Of a DNA stretch of 64,000 bases, positions 48,401 to 58,266 are shown piece after piece. This stretch comes from Flavobacteriales bacterium (GTDB taxonomy: Bacteria > Bacteroidota > Bacteroidia > Flavobacteriales > BACL11). The translations under genes and the position numbers were made by a program. The stretch lies in NCBI GenBank assembly GCA_002712715.1, contig PAUF01000007.1, positions 514,134-578,133 of the forward strand, read 5' to 3'. Numbering within the stretch: the first letter of the stretch is position 1; each line of letters begins with the position of its first letter. The notes beneath the pieces are model-generated. The model worked only from the letters and a program-made list of their open reading frames with translations. It did no database searches and had not been told where the DNA came from.

Positions 48401-51400
48401 TCTAGAACTCTCACCATGATTAGTAACTTTTAAAGGCAACTCATATTCATAATAATTCGACGTAAAGTCAGTACCTAATCTAATAAAGCATGATAAATCA
48501 CCATCTAACAAATCATCCTCAGCTCCCTCAGCATGTACAAACATCTTAAGTCTTTTATATGTTCTTACATCAAGATCTGAAGTTTTGTATGCTGCTCGCG
48601 CGTCCCCATCATTTAAATTACATACTTTTAATACTAAAGATTGTTCATTATCTCTACGTAATGTAGTAGTAGTATTGTCAATATTTTGTTCTATACCTGG
48701 AGGCAGTACATAATTAATTGGTATTCTCTGTCCATTTTCCTCAATGTTAACAGACGTCACATCAAATAAAGTTTCATCTGTTTCATCATTTGGTATATAT
48801 TCTCCTGGCTCTTGCAGACTAAAATTATACCTTCTCCATTCACCTCTCACTAACTCCATAGTAGCGAATCGACATACTATAGGCTCATTAAAATCTGTCA
48901 ATATCATTCTCATAAATCTTATAGATTTAAAATCTTGAATACTTCCAACCACCTTTTCTGGATTATATACAGGAACTCTAAATTGATACCATTTAATTAT
49001 TCGATCATCACCGTTTTTTGTAGTAACATTAGTTTCTAATACATCAGAAATGTTAGGGTTACTTATATTTAATTCTGATGGAGATATTGATATTTTATAT
49101 TGAAAATAACTTTCTGACTCACCAAGAGTATTGTCACGATTAATGTCCTCAGAGTTTGGAATGGTAGTTGCAGATGTAGAATATGATTCATTAGATTGTT
49201 CAGTTGTTGCAGAATTTCCATCAAGTCCATTATATCTTTTATATCTTGTTAAAATTGATGTTTCCTGATTGTCAAAATCAGTACTTCTAAAATATAGGTA
49301 ATTATCACCAGATGGATCCTCAATCGCGTTTTGATATGCTAATGAGGAAACTCCTAAAGCAGGATTATTAACTATTTTTTGTATATAAATACTATCAAAA
49401 AATAATTTTTCATCTTCATCACTCAATCCATCAATCCCAACATCTTGATATTGTCTTGAGAGTGGGTCATTATCAAAAGCTTCTACTATTGAATAGTTTG
49501 TTGGGACTCGCCCCCATGCTGTAGTATCAACATCTATTATATTATCATCGATTGGTAATCCGTTTTCAAAACTTTTATATCCATCTTTTAATATGTCTTC
49601 TGAAACATTTCCTAAGTGAATATACATTTCTCCTCCCTCATGATTAATATTACCATCATCAGGATTAAACGGATCCATCATCCAAAACTCTATAAATTCT
49701 ATATTAGCTGTTTCAAAATCATTGGTTTCTATCTTTCTCATAATACCACCCCAATTTTTAGCAGGGTTCATCAATTCTCCAGTAAACGTCAATTGATCAA
49801 CATTATAATTATATGGACCTCTTTCATTTGGATAATATGCTAAGTCTAATATTGAAAGATTAGTAATTTGACTCCCATACTGAGGGTCCTTATTTGGAAA
49901 TACTTCCTTTTCTAATATTTCTCGACTATAATGATAAGACTGTTGAGCAATTTGATTGCCATTTGGTAAATCAATTAAATTATCAACTCCAGGAGGAGTC
50001 ACAGAGGAAGTTCTAAAAAAAACTGATGGATCTATTGTGTACCAAGAAATTAAACCTCTACGGAAGCCAGTAGATAAATCATTATTCAGATTCGAATTTT
50101 CAAATATTGAATTTTGTCCCTGAGGAATTGACGCAATATTCCATGATCTAACATTTTTAATATCAATAGAACTCCTACTAGCTTCAAAATCATCGATATA
50201 GGAGACACCTCCATCACCATTATCAATTCTCCTATGGTGTCCTGGTATTAATCTAGCTATCTCAGCGTTAGCTATTACTCTAGATTTTGTTTTAGTTTCA
50301 ATTAAAGGCAATTTGTCTATTAACTTAGTAATTAAAGGAGATTCTGATTGATAAGTCCCATCAATACCGAGAATTGTATTTGATATAGGTTCATCACCGG
50401 CATTTATTTTATTTACATATGGAGCCTCAGACAATCTTAACAATGTACCTCCAAGAATAAAGTCTTTATTTATTTTATAATCAGCGTGAAAACCCAGCAA
50501 ACTTTTATCCTGTATACCAAACATTGCATTATTCTCTAGTGAAATTTTAATTGGAATACCCGAATTAAGAATGCCTTCATCAATAATTGTAACTCTTCCC
50601 AACATATAATCAACCGTATAATGCTGATTTTCAATTAGCTTTTGAGACCCTGCTGAAACCGTAACAGACCCTTCCGGGACATTCATAGCATTTAAAGAAA
50701 TCTCTGACCCAGCTGAAGATTTATAAGATCCTTTAAGTCTAAACTTATTTAACTGAGGATATTGCCTAGCTATTGTAAGGGTTGAATCATAAAGATAATC
50801 ATAAACATATTTATTCGCGATATTATTATCATTGAATTTTTCTCTAAGATCTGATCCAAATGGCTCTAATGTTGGAAATATCACTCGACCATTTGAAGAT
50901 TTAGCGGTAACTCCTTCAATAAAATCAAATATTCCATCAGAAACATCATTCTGCTGCTGATTTAAATTATCAAGATTTAATAATTTGATTAATGGAACTC
51001 CATCAATATTTCCCTCAGGAATATAATTAGTCAATCCACCAGATACCTCAGTGTTTTCATAAATAACGTCTAATATAAACTCATTCGCACTCATCTGATA
51101 CGCTCCTAACGCATAAATATTCTTCATCATTAAATCCCAATTAATTAGTTTCGGAGAAAATGTGGTGCCTTTAATTAATTTGAGTATTAATGATTGTGGA
51201 GCGGTAGGACCATTATTAGTTAGCTCACCTACTTGGAAGGTTTCATTACCTATAGTATATTGAAATGCTACCGCAAGCACTTCATCATTGTTTAAAGCTT
51301 GATTCAATGATATATATCCAAGCTGAGGGTGTAAAGTATACTCAGATTCATTTAACTTCCTGGCTCTTTCTAACTTTTCATAGTCTTGTCCAGCAATGAA

Positions 51401-52612
51401 ATTAATAGAAGACAAAGGTCCTAACTCAGAATTTACTTGGCTTATATCTCTAATTCCTGGATATTGCGATAATAATTTTTGATACATATCATTAGCCTGA
51501 TCATTATCTGGAAATGGAGAAGTAAATGAAGTGGTAAAGTTATTGTTTTGAATATTGCCCTGAGTTTCTCCAAGATCCATAAACGACAAAATATTTCTAC
51601 TATTTTCTGTAACACCTGTTTTATTAGTGATCCACACCTCTACTCTAGTTATATTTATTGAAGAATTTATAAATGGTAAATTTTCTAAAGCTGAATTATA
51701 GTTATCTTTAAAATAGTGAGATAAGAAAAAATGCTTATTTGCTTCGTACTGATCTGCATAAATATCAAAATCAGTAGTTTGCGCTCCTCCTGTAACTTCA
51801 ACTTCAGATGTTGTAGACTTTTGCTGAGAAAGAATACCTGTAATAGTTGTTTTTCCAAACTGAAGTTTCGTTTTTAATCCAAATAAACTTTGACTTCCAG
51901 TAATTAAGGTTCCATTAAGAGGCAAACTAACATTTCCGATTTCTATTTTCTTTATAATCTCATCTTCAAATCCTGTATACTCTAATTTCATGTCATTTTC
52001 AAAATTAAAGGTAGCTTCGGTATTGAAATTAGTAGTTAATTTTAGCTTTTCTCCAATTTTACCAATTACATTCATCTGAATTTTTTCTTGAAAATCAAAA
52101 GACGCTGTCCTTCTTTGTTCAACAGTATAGTTTGGATTGTCTAAACGATTAACTCGAACTGAAAAAATTAATTCAGCAGAACCTTGGGGTCTAATATCTA
52201 CAGTATTACCACCAAAAACCTTATCAAATGCATCACTACCAATAAACAATTTAGGTCTTCCATAATTGCGATCAACTAAGCCTCTCCTTTGTTCTGATTG
52301 TGATTTCCAATAATTAGACTGTGAATTTGAAGTTTGATAATTTAGATATTCACTAAACGACATAACCGTTTTATTAAAAATATCTGTATTACCTATTCGG
52401 GAATAGATAATATATTTTCCAGTTTTAGGATTATATACAACCTCTTTCTGAAAATTATTTGGTAGTTCCATGTATAAGCCTCCATATTGAGTTGAACTAA
52501 ATGGAAACGCAAGATGGTTTTTTGTAGTATCATCAACAGTCATTGCATGCAATGAGCTACTTAAGAAAAAGATGCTTAAAAAAACAGGTATATAAAAAAT
52601 ATTGCTTTTCAA
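45485..52612 (-). CDS. sprA: T9SS translocon / cell-surface protein SprA
   Basis: The 2375-aa protein has a signal peptide and beta-rich composition to the C-terminus. Its size and its gcvH/ruvA neighbourhood are typical of Flavobacteriia sprA. Confidence 0.85.
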   Translation of the reverse strand: MKSNIFYIPVFLSIFFLSSSLHAMTVDDTTKNHLAFPFSSTQYGGLYMELPNNFQKEVVYNPKTGKYIIYSRIGNTDIFNKTVMSFSEYLNYQTSNSQSNYWKSQSEQRRGLVDRNYGRPKLFIGSDAFDKVFGGNTVDIRPQGSAELIFSVRVNRLDNPNYTVEQRRTASFDFQEKIQMNVIGKIGEKLKLTTNFNTEATFNFENDMKLEYTGFEDEIIKKIEIGNVSLPLNGTLITGSQSLFGLKTKLQFGKTTITGILSQQKSTTSEVEVTGGAQTTDFDIYADQYEANKHFFLSHYFKDNYNSALENLPFINSSINITRVEVWITNKTGVTENSRNILSFMDLGETQGNIQNNNFTTSFTSPFPDNDQANDMYQKLLSQYPGIRDISQVNSELGPLSSINFIAGQDYEKLERARKLNESEYTLHPQLGYISLNQALNNDEVLAVAFQYTIGNETFQVGELTNNGPTAPQSLILKLIKGTTFSPKLINWDLMMKNIYALGAYQMSANEFILDVIYENTEVSGGLTNYIPEGNIDGVPLIKLLNLDNLNQQQNDVSDGIFDFIEGVTAKSSNGRVIFPTLEPFGSDLREKFNDNNIANKYVYDYLYDSTLTIARQYPQLNKFRLKGSYKSSAGSEISLNAMNVPEGSVTVSAGSQKLIENQHYTVDYMLGRVTIIDEGILNSGIPIKISLENNAMFGIQDKSLLGFHADYKINKDFILGGTLLRLSEAPYVNKINAGDEPISNTILGIDGTYQSESPLITKLIDKLPLIETKTKSRVIANAEIARLIPGHHRRIDNGDGGVSYIDDFEASRSSIDIKNVRSWNIASIPQGQNSIFENSNLNNDLSTGFRRGLISWYTIDPSVFFRTSSVTPPGVDNLIDLPNGNQIAQQSYHYSREILEKEVFPNKDPQYGSQITNLSILDLAYYPNERGPYNYNVDQLTFTGELMNPAKNWGGIMRKIETNDFETANIEFIEFWMMDPFNPDDGNINHEGGEMYIHLGNVSEDILKDGYKSFENGLPIDDNIIDVDTTAWGRVPTNYSIVEAFDNDPLSRQYQDVGIDGLSDEDEKLFFDSIYIQKIVNNPALGVSSLAYQNAIEDPSGDNYLYFRSTDFDNQETSILTRYKRYNGLDGNSATTEQSNESYSTSATTIPNSEDINRDNTLGESESYFQYKISISPSELNISNPNISDVLETNVTTKNGDDRIIKWYQFRVPVYNPEKVVGSIQDFKSIRFMRMILTDFNEPIVCRFATMELVRGEWRRYNFSLQEPGEYIPNDETDETLFDVTSVNIEENGQRIPINYVLPPGIEQNIDNTTTTLRRDNEQSLVLKVCNLNDGDARAAYKTSDLDVRTYKRLKMFVHAEGAEDDLLDGDLSCFIRLGTDFTSNYYEYELPLKVTNHGESSRNEVWPVENNIDIEFEQFQFAKQQRNFNTNDATTPFITYLSNGDKITVVGNPNLSRIKTIMIGVKNPKKLSTSSDDDGNAKCGEIWVNELRLADFDEYGGWAANARVTTKMADFGTVTLAGNMSTVGFGSIEKKVNERQKSNDFQYDMSSNLELGKFFADDYGVRIPLYIGVSEQISNPQYNPLDPDILFKTTLSSLENKAERDSFRFVSQDYVSRKSINLTNIRKTKVQKKGEEIKKPKIYDLENFTISYSNNETFFRNINTEYNRTKNYRGAITYNYSSRPKNIKPFSKLKIGKGPYARLIKDINFYAIPKSFSYRTDIERMYNETLLRNINNSYMIISPTYNKYFNWNRSYDLKYDITRTLKLDFSVRNQSSIDEPVGRIDRQDPLFKEKRDTIWKNFWNLGRPTLYHHDLALNYQWPFSKIPLVNFLSLTTRYNANYDWNSAALSMQDFGNTIQNSNNIQHNGQINMNTLYNKVPYFKKVLNSSNKRNNNRRTSRIRSEENPKENKKKDQYKLARSLLNVFLSVKNISVNLTRNEGTFIPGFMPESNFFGQNWAEMAPGIPFVLGSQKDIRYQASTNGWLSQNQNINTLFSKTSSSNLIIRSTVEPIKKFRIELTANKTNSFNQQEYFRWSESDNMFNSVSPIQNGSYSISFISWKTAFMRDNENFSSQSFQDFRNYRNEIAKRLASANPNFSGLYDSTGFPQGYGLASPDVLIPAFLAAYGGKNPISSSLSSMPKLPLPNWRVNYDGLMRLKFIKKYFKTFTLAHAYRSTYSVGSFTSSLDYIENDGWSSNINENTGNFFSKYEIGQVTINEQFSPLIKLDLTWKNSLMTKLEIKKNRTLNLSMSNNQITEINGSEYVIGTGYRIKDLKFKYKAAGSSKTISSDLDIKLDLNIRNNKTVIRKVIEDVEQITMGQQSISIKFSTDYVVSSRLNFKLFYDKVITNPFISTSYPGAITNAGFSLRFTLAG

Positions 52613-52624
52613 CTTATTTATTTT

Positions 52625-53200
52625 CTACCCTAAAGATTTTTTTACTAAATCCTCAACTGAAAGAGATTGATCTGAAGTCTTCAGAACTTTATCAATTTTA
52701 TTTTCAGCCATCTTTTTAGTAAATCCTAGAGCAAGTAATGCTGATAACGCTTCATCTTTAATTGTATTGTCTTGACTAAACAATAAATCTGATTTTTCAA
52801 TACCCTTACCTACTTTATCTTTTAAATCAATAATAATTCTTTGGGCAGTTTTACCTCCAATTCCCTTAATGTTTTGTATCGCACCAACATCAGCGCTTAT
52901 GATATGATGAACAATTTCATCAGCACTATATGTAGAGAGTATTACTCTAGCAGTACTGGGACCTACTCCAGAAACTGAGATTAAATGTCTAAATAATCCT
53001 CTTTCATCTTCAGAACAAAATCCATAAAGTGTATGAGAATCTTCCTTAACAGCTAAATGAGTAAATAGAAAACAATTTTCTGAATTTATAGAAGAGTATG
53101 TCTGAAGTGATATGTTTATCTTATATCCCACTCCATTACAGTCTATTACTACATAGGTTGGGGTTTTCTCTACTAATTTTCCTTGTATATGAGCTATCAT
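52625..53200 (-). CDS. ruvA: Holliday junction DNA helicase subunit RuvA
   Basis: It has an OB-fold N-terminus and the HhH blocks VSGVGPSTARVIL and IKGIGGKTAQRI. Confidence 0.9.
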   Translation of the reverse strand: MIAHIQGKLVEKTPTYVVIDCNGVGYKINISLQTYSSINSENCFLFTHLAVKEDSHTLYGFCSEDERGLFRHLISVSGVGPSTARVILSTYSADEIVHHIISADVGAIQNIKGIGGKTAQRIIIDLKDKVGKGIEKSDLLFSQDNTIKDEALSALLALGFTKKMAENKIDKVLKTSDQSLSVEDLVKKSLG

Positions 53201-53232
53201 GTATTTTATAAAAAGTTAATTTTCATTTAATA

Positions 53233-53240
53233 CAAATATA
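53233..53240 (-). promoter_or_regulatory. -7 promoter box (TATATTTG on the minus strand) for ruvA-sprA
   Basis: The plus strand reads CAAATATA, 33 nt upstream of ATG 53200. Confidence 0.45.
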
Positions 53241-53248
53241 ATGACAGC

Positions 53249-53275
53249 AAAAAAAAACCCCTTATAAAAAAGGGG
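53249..53275 (-). terminator. Rho-independent terminator (minus strand)
   Basis: CCCCTT (53258-53263) pairs with AAGGGG (53270-53275) around a 6-nt loop. A 9-nt T-run follows on the minus strand (A-run 53249-53257). Confidence 0.75.
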
Positions 53276-53298
53276 TAATTATATTAATAATTTACAAG

Positions 53299-54003
53299 TC
53301 ACTTGTTAATAATTAACTTCTTAATATCAAATAACTCTTCTCCTTCAAATATATTTACAAAATAAACTCCATTTGTAAAGTTATCTAAATTTACAATTGT
53401 TTCTATATCTTTCTGAATAACAATAGTTTTTAAACAGTTTCCTAAAATGTCTGATATTTGTATCTTTATATTAGACCCATGATAAGAAAAAACCTTAGTA
53501 AAATCGGTTGCTGGATTTGGATAAAAAGTAATTATATCCTGTTTTTCTTCTAACATACTAGTAGTATTCTCATTAGCGTGATAAGTTACAGTAACACAAG
53601 ACCTATCAGTAGGATTTTCTGATGGATAAAAACAATACTCTACAACTCCTGTTCCGGGAGCTGCGGGTCCTGGAATAAATGGATGGAAATATCCAGTAAA
53701 TCCATTTGTTTGTTCACCTGGAGACAAGGTATCCATTTTTGTAGAAATCATTGTTCCAGATCCATAACAAGTACCTCCCCAACAAAAATCATTACTCGCT
53801 GTAGAAGGTTCTGAAATTACTGTTTTTTCGCATAAAACGGTAACTGTATTAGAACTCACATTTTTTACAATAGCATGAGCTTCAATACCAAAATCATCAA
53901 TAGATCCGTATACTAAAGTATCACCCGTAACCATTAAAGACTGAGAGAAAACAGTATTGACTAAAAAAAGACTACTAACTAGAAGAAATAATTTTGATTT
54001 CAT
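53299..54003 (-). CDS. Hypothetical secreted protein with a T9SS C-terminal sorting domain
   Basis: It has a signal peptide, and the CTD begins ITFYPNPATDFTKV. Confidence 0.7.
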   Translation of the reverse strand: MKSKLFLLVSSLFLVNTVFSQSLMVTGDTLVYGSIDDFGIEAHAIVKNVSSNTVTVLCEKTVISEPSTASNDFCWGGTCYGSGTMISTKMDTLSPGEQTNGFTGYFHPFIPGPAAPGTGVVEYCFYPSENPTDRSCVTVTYHANENTTSMLEEKQDIITFYPNPATDFTKVFSYHGSNIKIQISDILGNCLKTIVIQKDIETIVNLDNFTNGVYFVNIFEGEELFDIKKLIINK

Positions 54004-54023
54004 ATTTTATTATTTATTAATTA

Positions 54024-54031
54024 CAAAGATA
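54024..54031 (-). promoter_or_regulatory. -7 promoter box (TATCTTTG on the minus strand)
   Basis: The plus strand reads CAAAGATA, 21 nt upstream of ATG 54003. Confidence 0.45.
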
Positions 54032-54094
54032 TAATAATAAATTATTATTATTATTTATTAGATACGAAATATCAAATATAAAGTTATCTTTTAG

Positions 54095-54102
54095 TATATT
54101 TG
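54095..54102 (+). promoter_or_regulatory. -7 promoter box TATATTTG
   Basis: It is an exact TAnnTTTG match 38 nt upstream of ATG 54140. Confidence 0.45.
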
Positions 54103-54139
54103 CTATACACTTGTTTTATAAATTTAAATTAATCTAGAT

Positions 54140-56011
54140 ATGAAAAAACTTATACCCTTAATGATATTAGCTATATTTTCTTTAATTGCTAATGCACAAA
54201 CATTTGTCAGTACATCTCCAGAAAATAAAAATGTTATTTTAGAAGAATTCACTGGAATCTATTGCGTATGGTGTCCAGCTGGACACTTAATTGGTCAACA
54301 GCTACATGACGCTAATCCTAATGATGTCTTTCTCATTAACATACATACTGGTGGATTCGCAACTCCAGGGGCTGGCGACCCAGACTTCAGAGTTGATCCA
54401 ATAGGTGCAAACATAGCTAGTCAATCAAATTTATCAGGATATCCTGCCGGTACAGTAAATCGTCATCTATTTTCAATGACACAAAATGGTGGCACTGCTA
54501 TGAGTAGATCGGATTGGTCTGCTGCTAGCAATCAAATATTAGCTCAATCATCTCCAGTCAATGTTGGGGCTCAAGCAAGTATTGATATGGCTACCAATGT
54601 TTTAACCGTAGATGTAGAAGTTTATTATACTGGAAGCCAAACAGTTAATAGTAACATGCTAAATGTAGCGGTTCTACAAAATAACGTTGAAGGACCTCAA
54701 ACTGGTGGAGCTAGTAATAATCCTGGATCTATGAATTCCAATGGGACTTATAATCACAATCACATGTTAAGACATATGATGACAGGGCAGTGGGGAGAAC
54801 AAATTTCTAACATTAGTCCTGGGTCTTTATATTCTAATACTTTTACATGGACAATACCTCCTAGTGTTAATGGAGTTATTCTTGACCCAACAAATATTTC
54901 AATAATTGCTTTTGTCGCAGAAGGTCAACAGGAAATATTAAGTGGAACTGAAGCTACTCCAAATGTTATATTCGCTAATTCATTTGACGCATACTGTATG
55001 AGCGCAAATGCTAATGACGCAATTTGTGGATCAAGTACAGATATTAATGTTACTTTTAGAAACTATGGAAATCAAAACTTGACCTCTCTAGACATTAACT
55101 ATTCAATTAATGGAGGATCAAATAGTACATATCCATGGACAGGGAATTTAGCTCCTGCAGGAACTGAAACGATCATTATACCTGGTGTAACATTTACTCC
55201 TCAAGCAAATAACAATATTAGCGTTTCAACCTCTAACCCTAATGGAAATACAGATCAAAATAGTTCTAATGACAATACATCCACTTCATTCTCACAATAT
55301 GACGCTGCCGGTCAAGTACAGTCAGGGGTTACTGTTGGAAATATTACTATTAATGTTACAACAGATCAATATGGTAGTTCTGAAAATTCATGGGAATTAA
55401 TGGATGATAATGGAAATATTATAGCTTCTGTAGCTCAAGGAAGTATGTCCTCAAGCGCTCCTCAAGCTCCTGTAAATGCTAATATCCAAGCTAACACATG
55501 TTACTCATTTAAATTCTATGATTCATATGGTGATGGTATATGCTGCTCATATGGTCAAGGATCTTACACTGTTACAGACGCTTCAGGAACTGTTATTGCG
55601 GGTGGAGGAAGTAATACAAGTTTTTCAAATTTCAATGAAAGAGCTGATTTCTTTAAAACAGGATCATCTACCCCTGCGGCTTCATGGAATTGTGATAATG
55701 GTAATTGTATTGATCCAGGCGATGGAAGCGGAATATATGGTTCATATACTCAATGTATGTCTGCTTGTAATTCTACATCTATCAATGATGATTCATTTAA
55801 AGGAATCTCTATTTTCCCAAATCCTGCTAAAAATATAATTAATATAGAAGGAACGTTTGAAACTATACAGTTGTATGACATTTCTGGAAAATTATTAGTA
55901 AATACTAATTACAAGACTATAAACATTCAAAATTTATCGGAAGGAATATACCTGCTACATATAGTAACAACTGATGAATTGATTGTTGAGAAAGTAACTA
56001 TTTCTAAATAG
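54140..56011 (+). CDS. Multidomain T9SS-secreted protein with an Omp28-like CxxC N-domain
   Basis: It has a signal peptide and the block EEFTGIYCVWCPAGH. It also has an Ig/CARDB-like middle, the Cys-rich module YGDGICCSYGQGSY, and a CTD beginning ISIFPNPAKNIINI. Confidence 0.7.
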   Translation: MKKLIPLMILAIFSLIANAQTFVSTSPENKNVILEEFTGIYCVWCPAGHLIGQQLHDANPNDVFLINIHTGGFATPGAGDPDFRVDPIGANIASQSNLSGYPAGTVNRHLFSMTQNGGTAMSRSDWSAASNQILAQSSPVNVGAQASIDMATNVLTVDVEVYYTGSQTVNSNMLNVAVLQNNVEGPQTGGASNNPGSMNSNGTYNHNHMLRHMMTGQWGEQISNISPGSLYSNTFTWTIPPSVNGVILDPTNISIIAFVAEGQQEILSGTEATPNVIFANSFDAYCMSANANDAICGSSTDINVTFRNYGNQNLTSLDINYSINGGSNSTYPWTGNLAPAGTETIIIPGVTFTPQANNNISVSTSNPNGNTDQNSSNDNTSTSFSQYDAAGQVQSGVTVGNITINVTTDQYGSSENSWELMDDNGNIIASVAQGSMSSSAPQAPVNANIQANTCYSFKFYDSYGDGICCSYGQGSYTVTDASGTVIAGGGSNTSFSNFNERADFFKTGSSTPAASWNCDNGNCIDPGDGSGIYGSYTQCMSACNSTSINDDSFKGISIFPNPAKNIINIEGTFETIQLYDISGKLLVNTNYKTINIQNLSEGIYLLHIVTTDELIVEKVTISK

Positions 56012-56028
56012 CACTTCGTTTATATTCT

Positions 56029-56058
56029 AAAACCTCATCTTTTCAGATGAGGTTTTTT
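56029..56058 (+). terminator. Rho-independent terminator
   Basis: AACCTCATCT (56031-56040) pairs with AGATGAGGTT (56045-56054) around a TTTC loop, followed by a T-run. Confidence 0.8.
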
Positions 56059-56090
56059 AGAATAAATATACTTGTATTACGTTAAAGCAA

Positions 56091-56098
56091 TATCTTTG
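56091..56098 (+). promoter_or_regulatory. -7 promoter box TATCTTTG
   Basis: It is an exact TAnnTTTG match 21 nt upstream of ATG 56119. Confidence 0.5.
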
Positions 56099-56118
56099 TA
56101 TAACTAAAAAATATAACT

Positions 56119-56610
56119 ATGAAAAGGTATCTATTATTTACAATTCTCTTTTTTTTCTTGTCTCAATATATTTTTTCCCAAGAAAAATTACCAAATATTT
56201 CCGTTAAAAACTTAAACGGTAAGAAAGTTAATATACAAGATATCAATAATGAAGGAAGCCCTATTGTTTTAAATTTCTGGGCTACTTGGTGTAAGCCATG
56301 CAAATTAGAGCTCAATACAATTGCTGAAGACTATGAAGATTGGCAAGATGAAACCGGAGTAAAAATAATTGCTGTTTCAATTGATGACAGTAGATCTATG
56401 TCAAAAGTTGCTCCCTATATAAACTCTGTTGGATGGGATTATGAAATCTATCTTGATCCAAATAGAGATTTAGCCAGATCTTTAGGTGTTTCAACAGTAC
56501 CACATACATTCCTACTGAATGAAAAAAAAGAAATTGTTTGGGAACATAGAGGATATATCCCTGGAGATGAACATAAATTATTAGAAAAAATAGAATCTTT
56601 AGTCAAATAA
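56119..56610 (+). CDS. Exported TlpA/ResA-like thiol-disulfide oxidoreductase (thioredoxin fold)
   Basis: It has a signal peptide and the active site WATWCKPC. Confidence 0.85.
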   Translation: MKRYLLFTILFFFLSQYIFSQEKLPNISVKNLNGKKVNIQDINNEGSPIVLNFWATWCKPCKLELNTIAEDYEDWQDETGVKIIAVSIDDSRSMSKVAPYINSVGWDYEIYLDPNRDLARSLGVSTVPHTFLLNEKKEIVWEHRGYIPGDEHKLLEKIESLVK

Positions 56611-56613
56611 AAA

Positions 56614-58266
56614 ATGAAGTTCAAAAACTTTTTATACATTATTTTTTTGACAACATACTACAGTTTTTCTCAAGAAAATAATAGTAGCATTAATGGTGAC
56701 TTCATTAATAACTTTCAAAGCTATAATGATGATCCATTAATTGGTGCCATTGCACCGGAAGAAAAAGTACTCAATAATGCATACTTAAATGTAATCTATA
56801 CAAAAAACAATTTCTCCATTGGCCTAAGATACGAGAGCTATCTTAATGCTCTGATGGACTTTGATTCAGAGTTTCAAGGTAATGGCATCCCATATCGATA
56901 TATTACATATACCGCTGATGGATTAGAGGTTACAGCTGGAAATTACTATGAACAGTTTGGGAGTGGACTTATACTCAGAACTTACGAAGATAAAGGACTA
57001 GGAATTGATAACGCAATGGATGGCATTAAACTTCGATTAAATCCAATATCTGGTGTTTATTTGAAATCTTTTATTGGCAGAAGTAGAACCTATTTTAATT
57101 ATTCTGAAGGCATTATTAGGGGAGTAGACATGGAAATGGACATCAACGAAATGTTAAGGATTGAAAATAACGGATCATATATATTTGGATCTAGTATAGT
57201 AAGTAGATTTCAAGAAGATAATAATCCTAAGTTTAATCTCCCACAAAATGTTGCTGCGTTTTCAAATAGATTAAATATCATGCATAGTGGATTTAATTAC
57301 TATATTGAATACGCCTATAAATTTAATGATCCAGTTGGTTCATTCTCTCTAGAAAGTAACAATTATGCTCCTGGCAAGGCTTTATTAAGTAATCTTAGTT
57401 ATTCCAAAAAAGGAATTGGTATAAATATTGAAAGCCATTGGATAGATCACATGGAATTCCGATCAGAAAGAGCTAAAGAAAAGGAATTTATTATAAATTA
57501 CATTCCGACAATATCTAAACAACATACCTATACACTTTTAGCTTTATATCCAGCTTCAACACAAATGGAAGGAGAATTTGGTGTACAAGCTGATATTTTC
57601 TATAAATTAAAAAAAGGGTCTTTACTTGGAGGAAAATACGGAACTAAAATCAATATTAATTTTTCTAAAATTAATGCAATTAAAAATGGAACTTCATTCC
57701 TAAATGATAGCCTAAATATAAGATCGCCTTTTCTAAGCTATGATAATGATAAATTATATTTTACTGATTTTAACATAGAGATTAATAAGAAGTTAGATAA
57801 AAAGACAAAAATTAATTTTATAGTTTCCAATCAAAAATACAATAAAGATATATTAGAAGGAAAGACACCGGGAGAATATGGAACAATACAATCAACAATT
57901 GGAGTTGTAGATATAAGCTATAAAATTAAGAAAGGTCATACTATTAGAATTGAAAGTCAAGCACTACGTTCTAAACCTGATCCCAATGCGACAAAAAAAG
58001 GCGACGGTCACTGGGTAATGTTATTATCAGAATACACGATCTCTCCTAATTGGTTTTTCTCTATTCAAGATATGTACAATTTTGGAAATTATGATCAAAC
58101 TCAAAGATTACACTACATAAACGCTACATTTGGATACATAATAGGATCTAATAGATTTGAAATTGGTTATGGTAAAAAAAGAGCAGGCATTTTCTGTGTT
58201 GGAGGAGTTTGTAAAGAAGTTCCCGCTTCTAATGGTTTAAATATTAATATCTCTTCAAGTTTTTAA
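56614..58266 (+). CDS. Predicted outer-membrane beta-barrel protein (DUF6029-like)
   Basis: It has a signal peptide, an alternating amphipathic pattern and a C-terminal ...NISSSF. Confidence 0.55.
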   Translation: MKFKNFLYIIFLTTYYSFSQENNSSINGDFINNFQSYNDDPLIGAIAPEEKVLNNAYLNVIYTKNNFSIGLRYESYLNALMDFDSEFQGNGIPYRYITYTADGLEVTAGNYYEQFGSGLILRTYEDKGLGIDNAMDGIKLRLNPISGVYLKSFIGRSRTYFNYSEGIIRGVDMEMDINEMLRIENNGSYIFGSSIVSRFQEDNNPKFNLPQNVAAFSNRLNIMHSGFNYYIEYAYKFNDPVGSFSLESNNYAPGKALLSNLSYSKKGIGINIESHWIDHMEFRSERAKEKEFIINYIPTISKQHTYTLLALYPASTQMEGEFGVQADIFYKLKKGSLLGGKYGTKININFSKINAIKNGTSFLNDSLNIRSPFLSYDNDKLYFTDFNIEINKKLDKKTKINFIVSNQKYNKDILEGKTPGEYGTIQSTIGVVDISYKIKKGHTIRIESQALRSKPDPNATKKGDGHWVMLLSEYTISPNWFFSIQDMYNFGNYDQTQRLHYINATFGYIIGSNRFEIGYGKKRAGIFCVGGVCKEVPASNGLNINISSSF

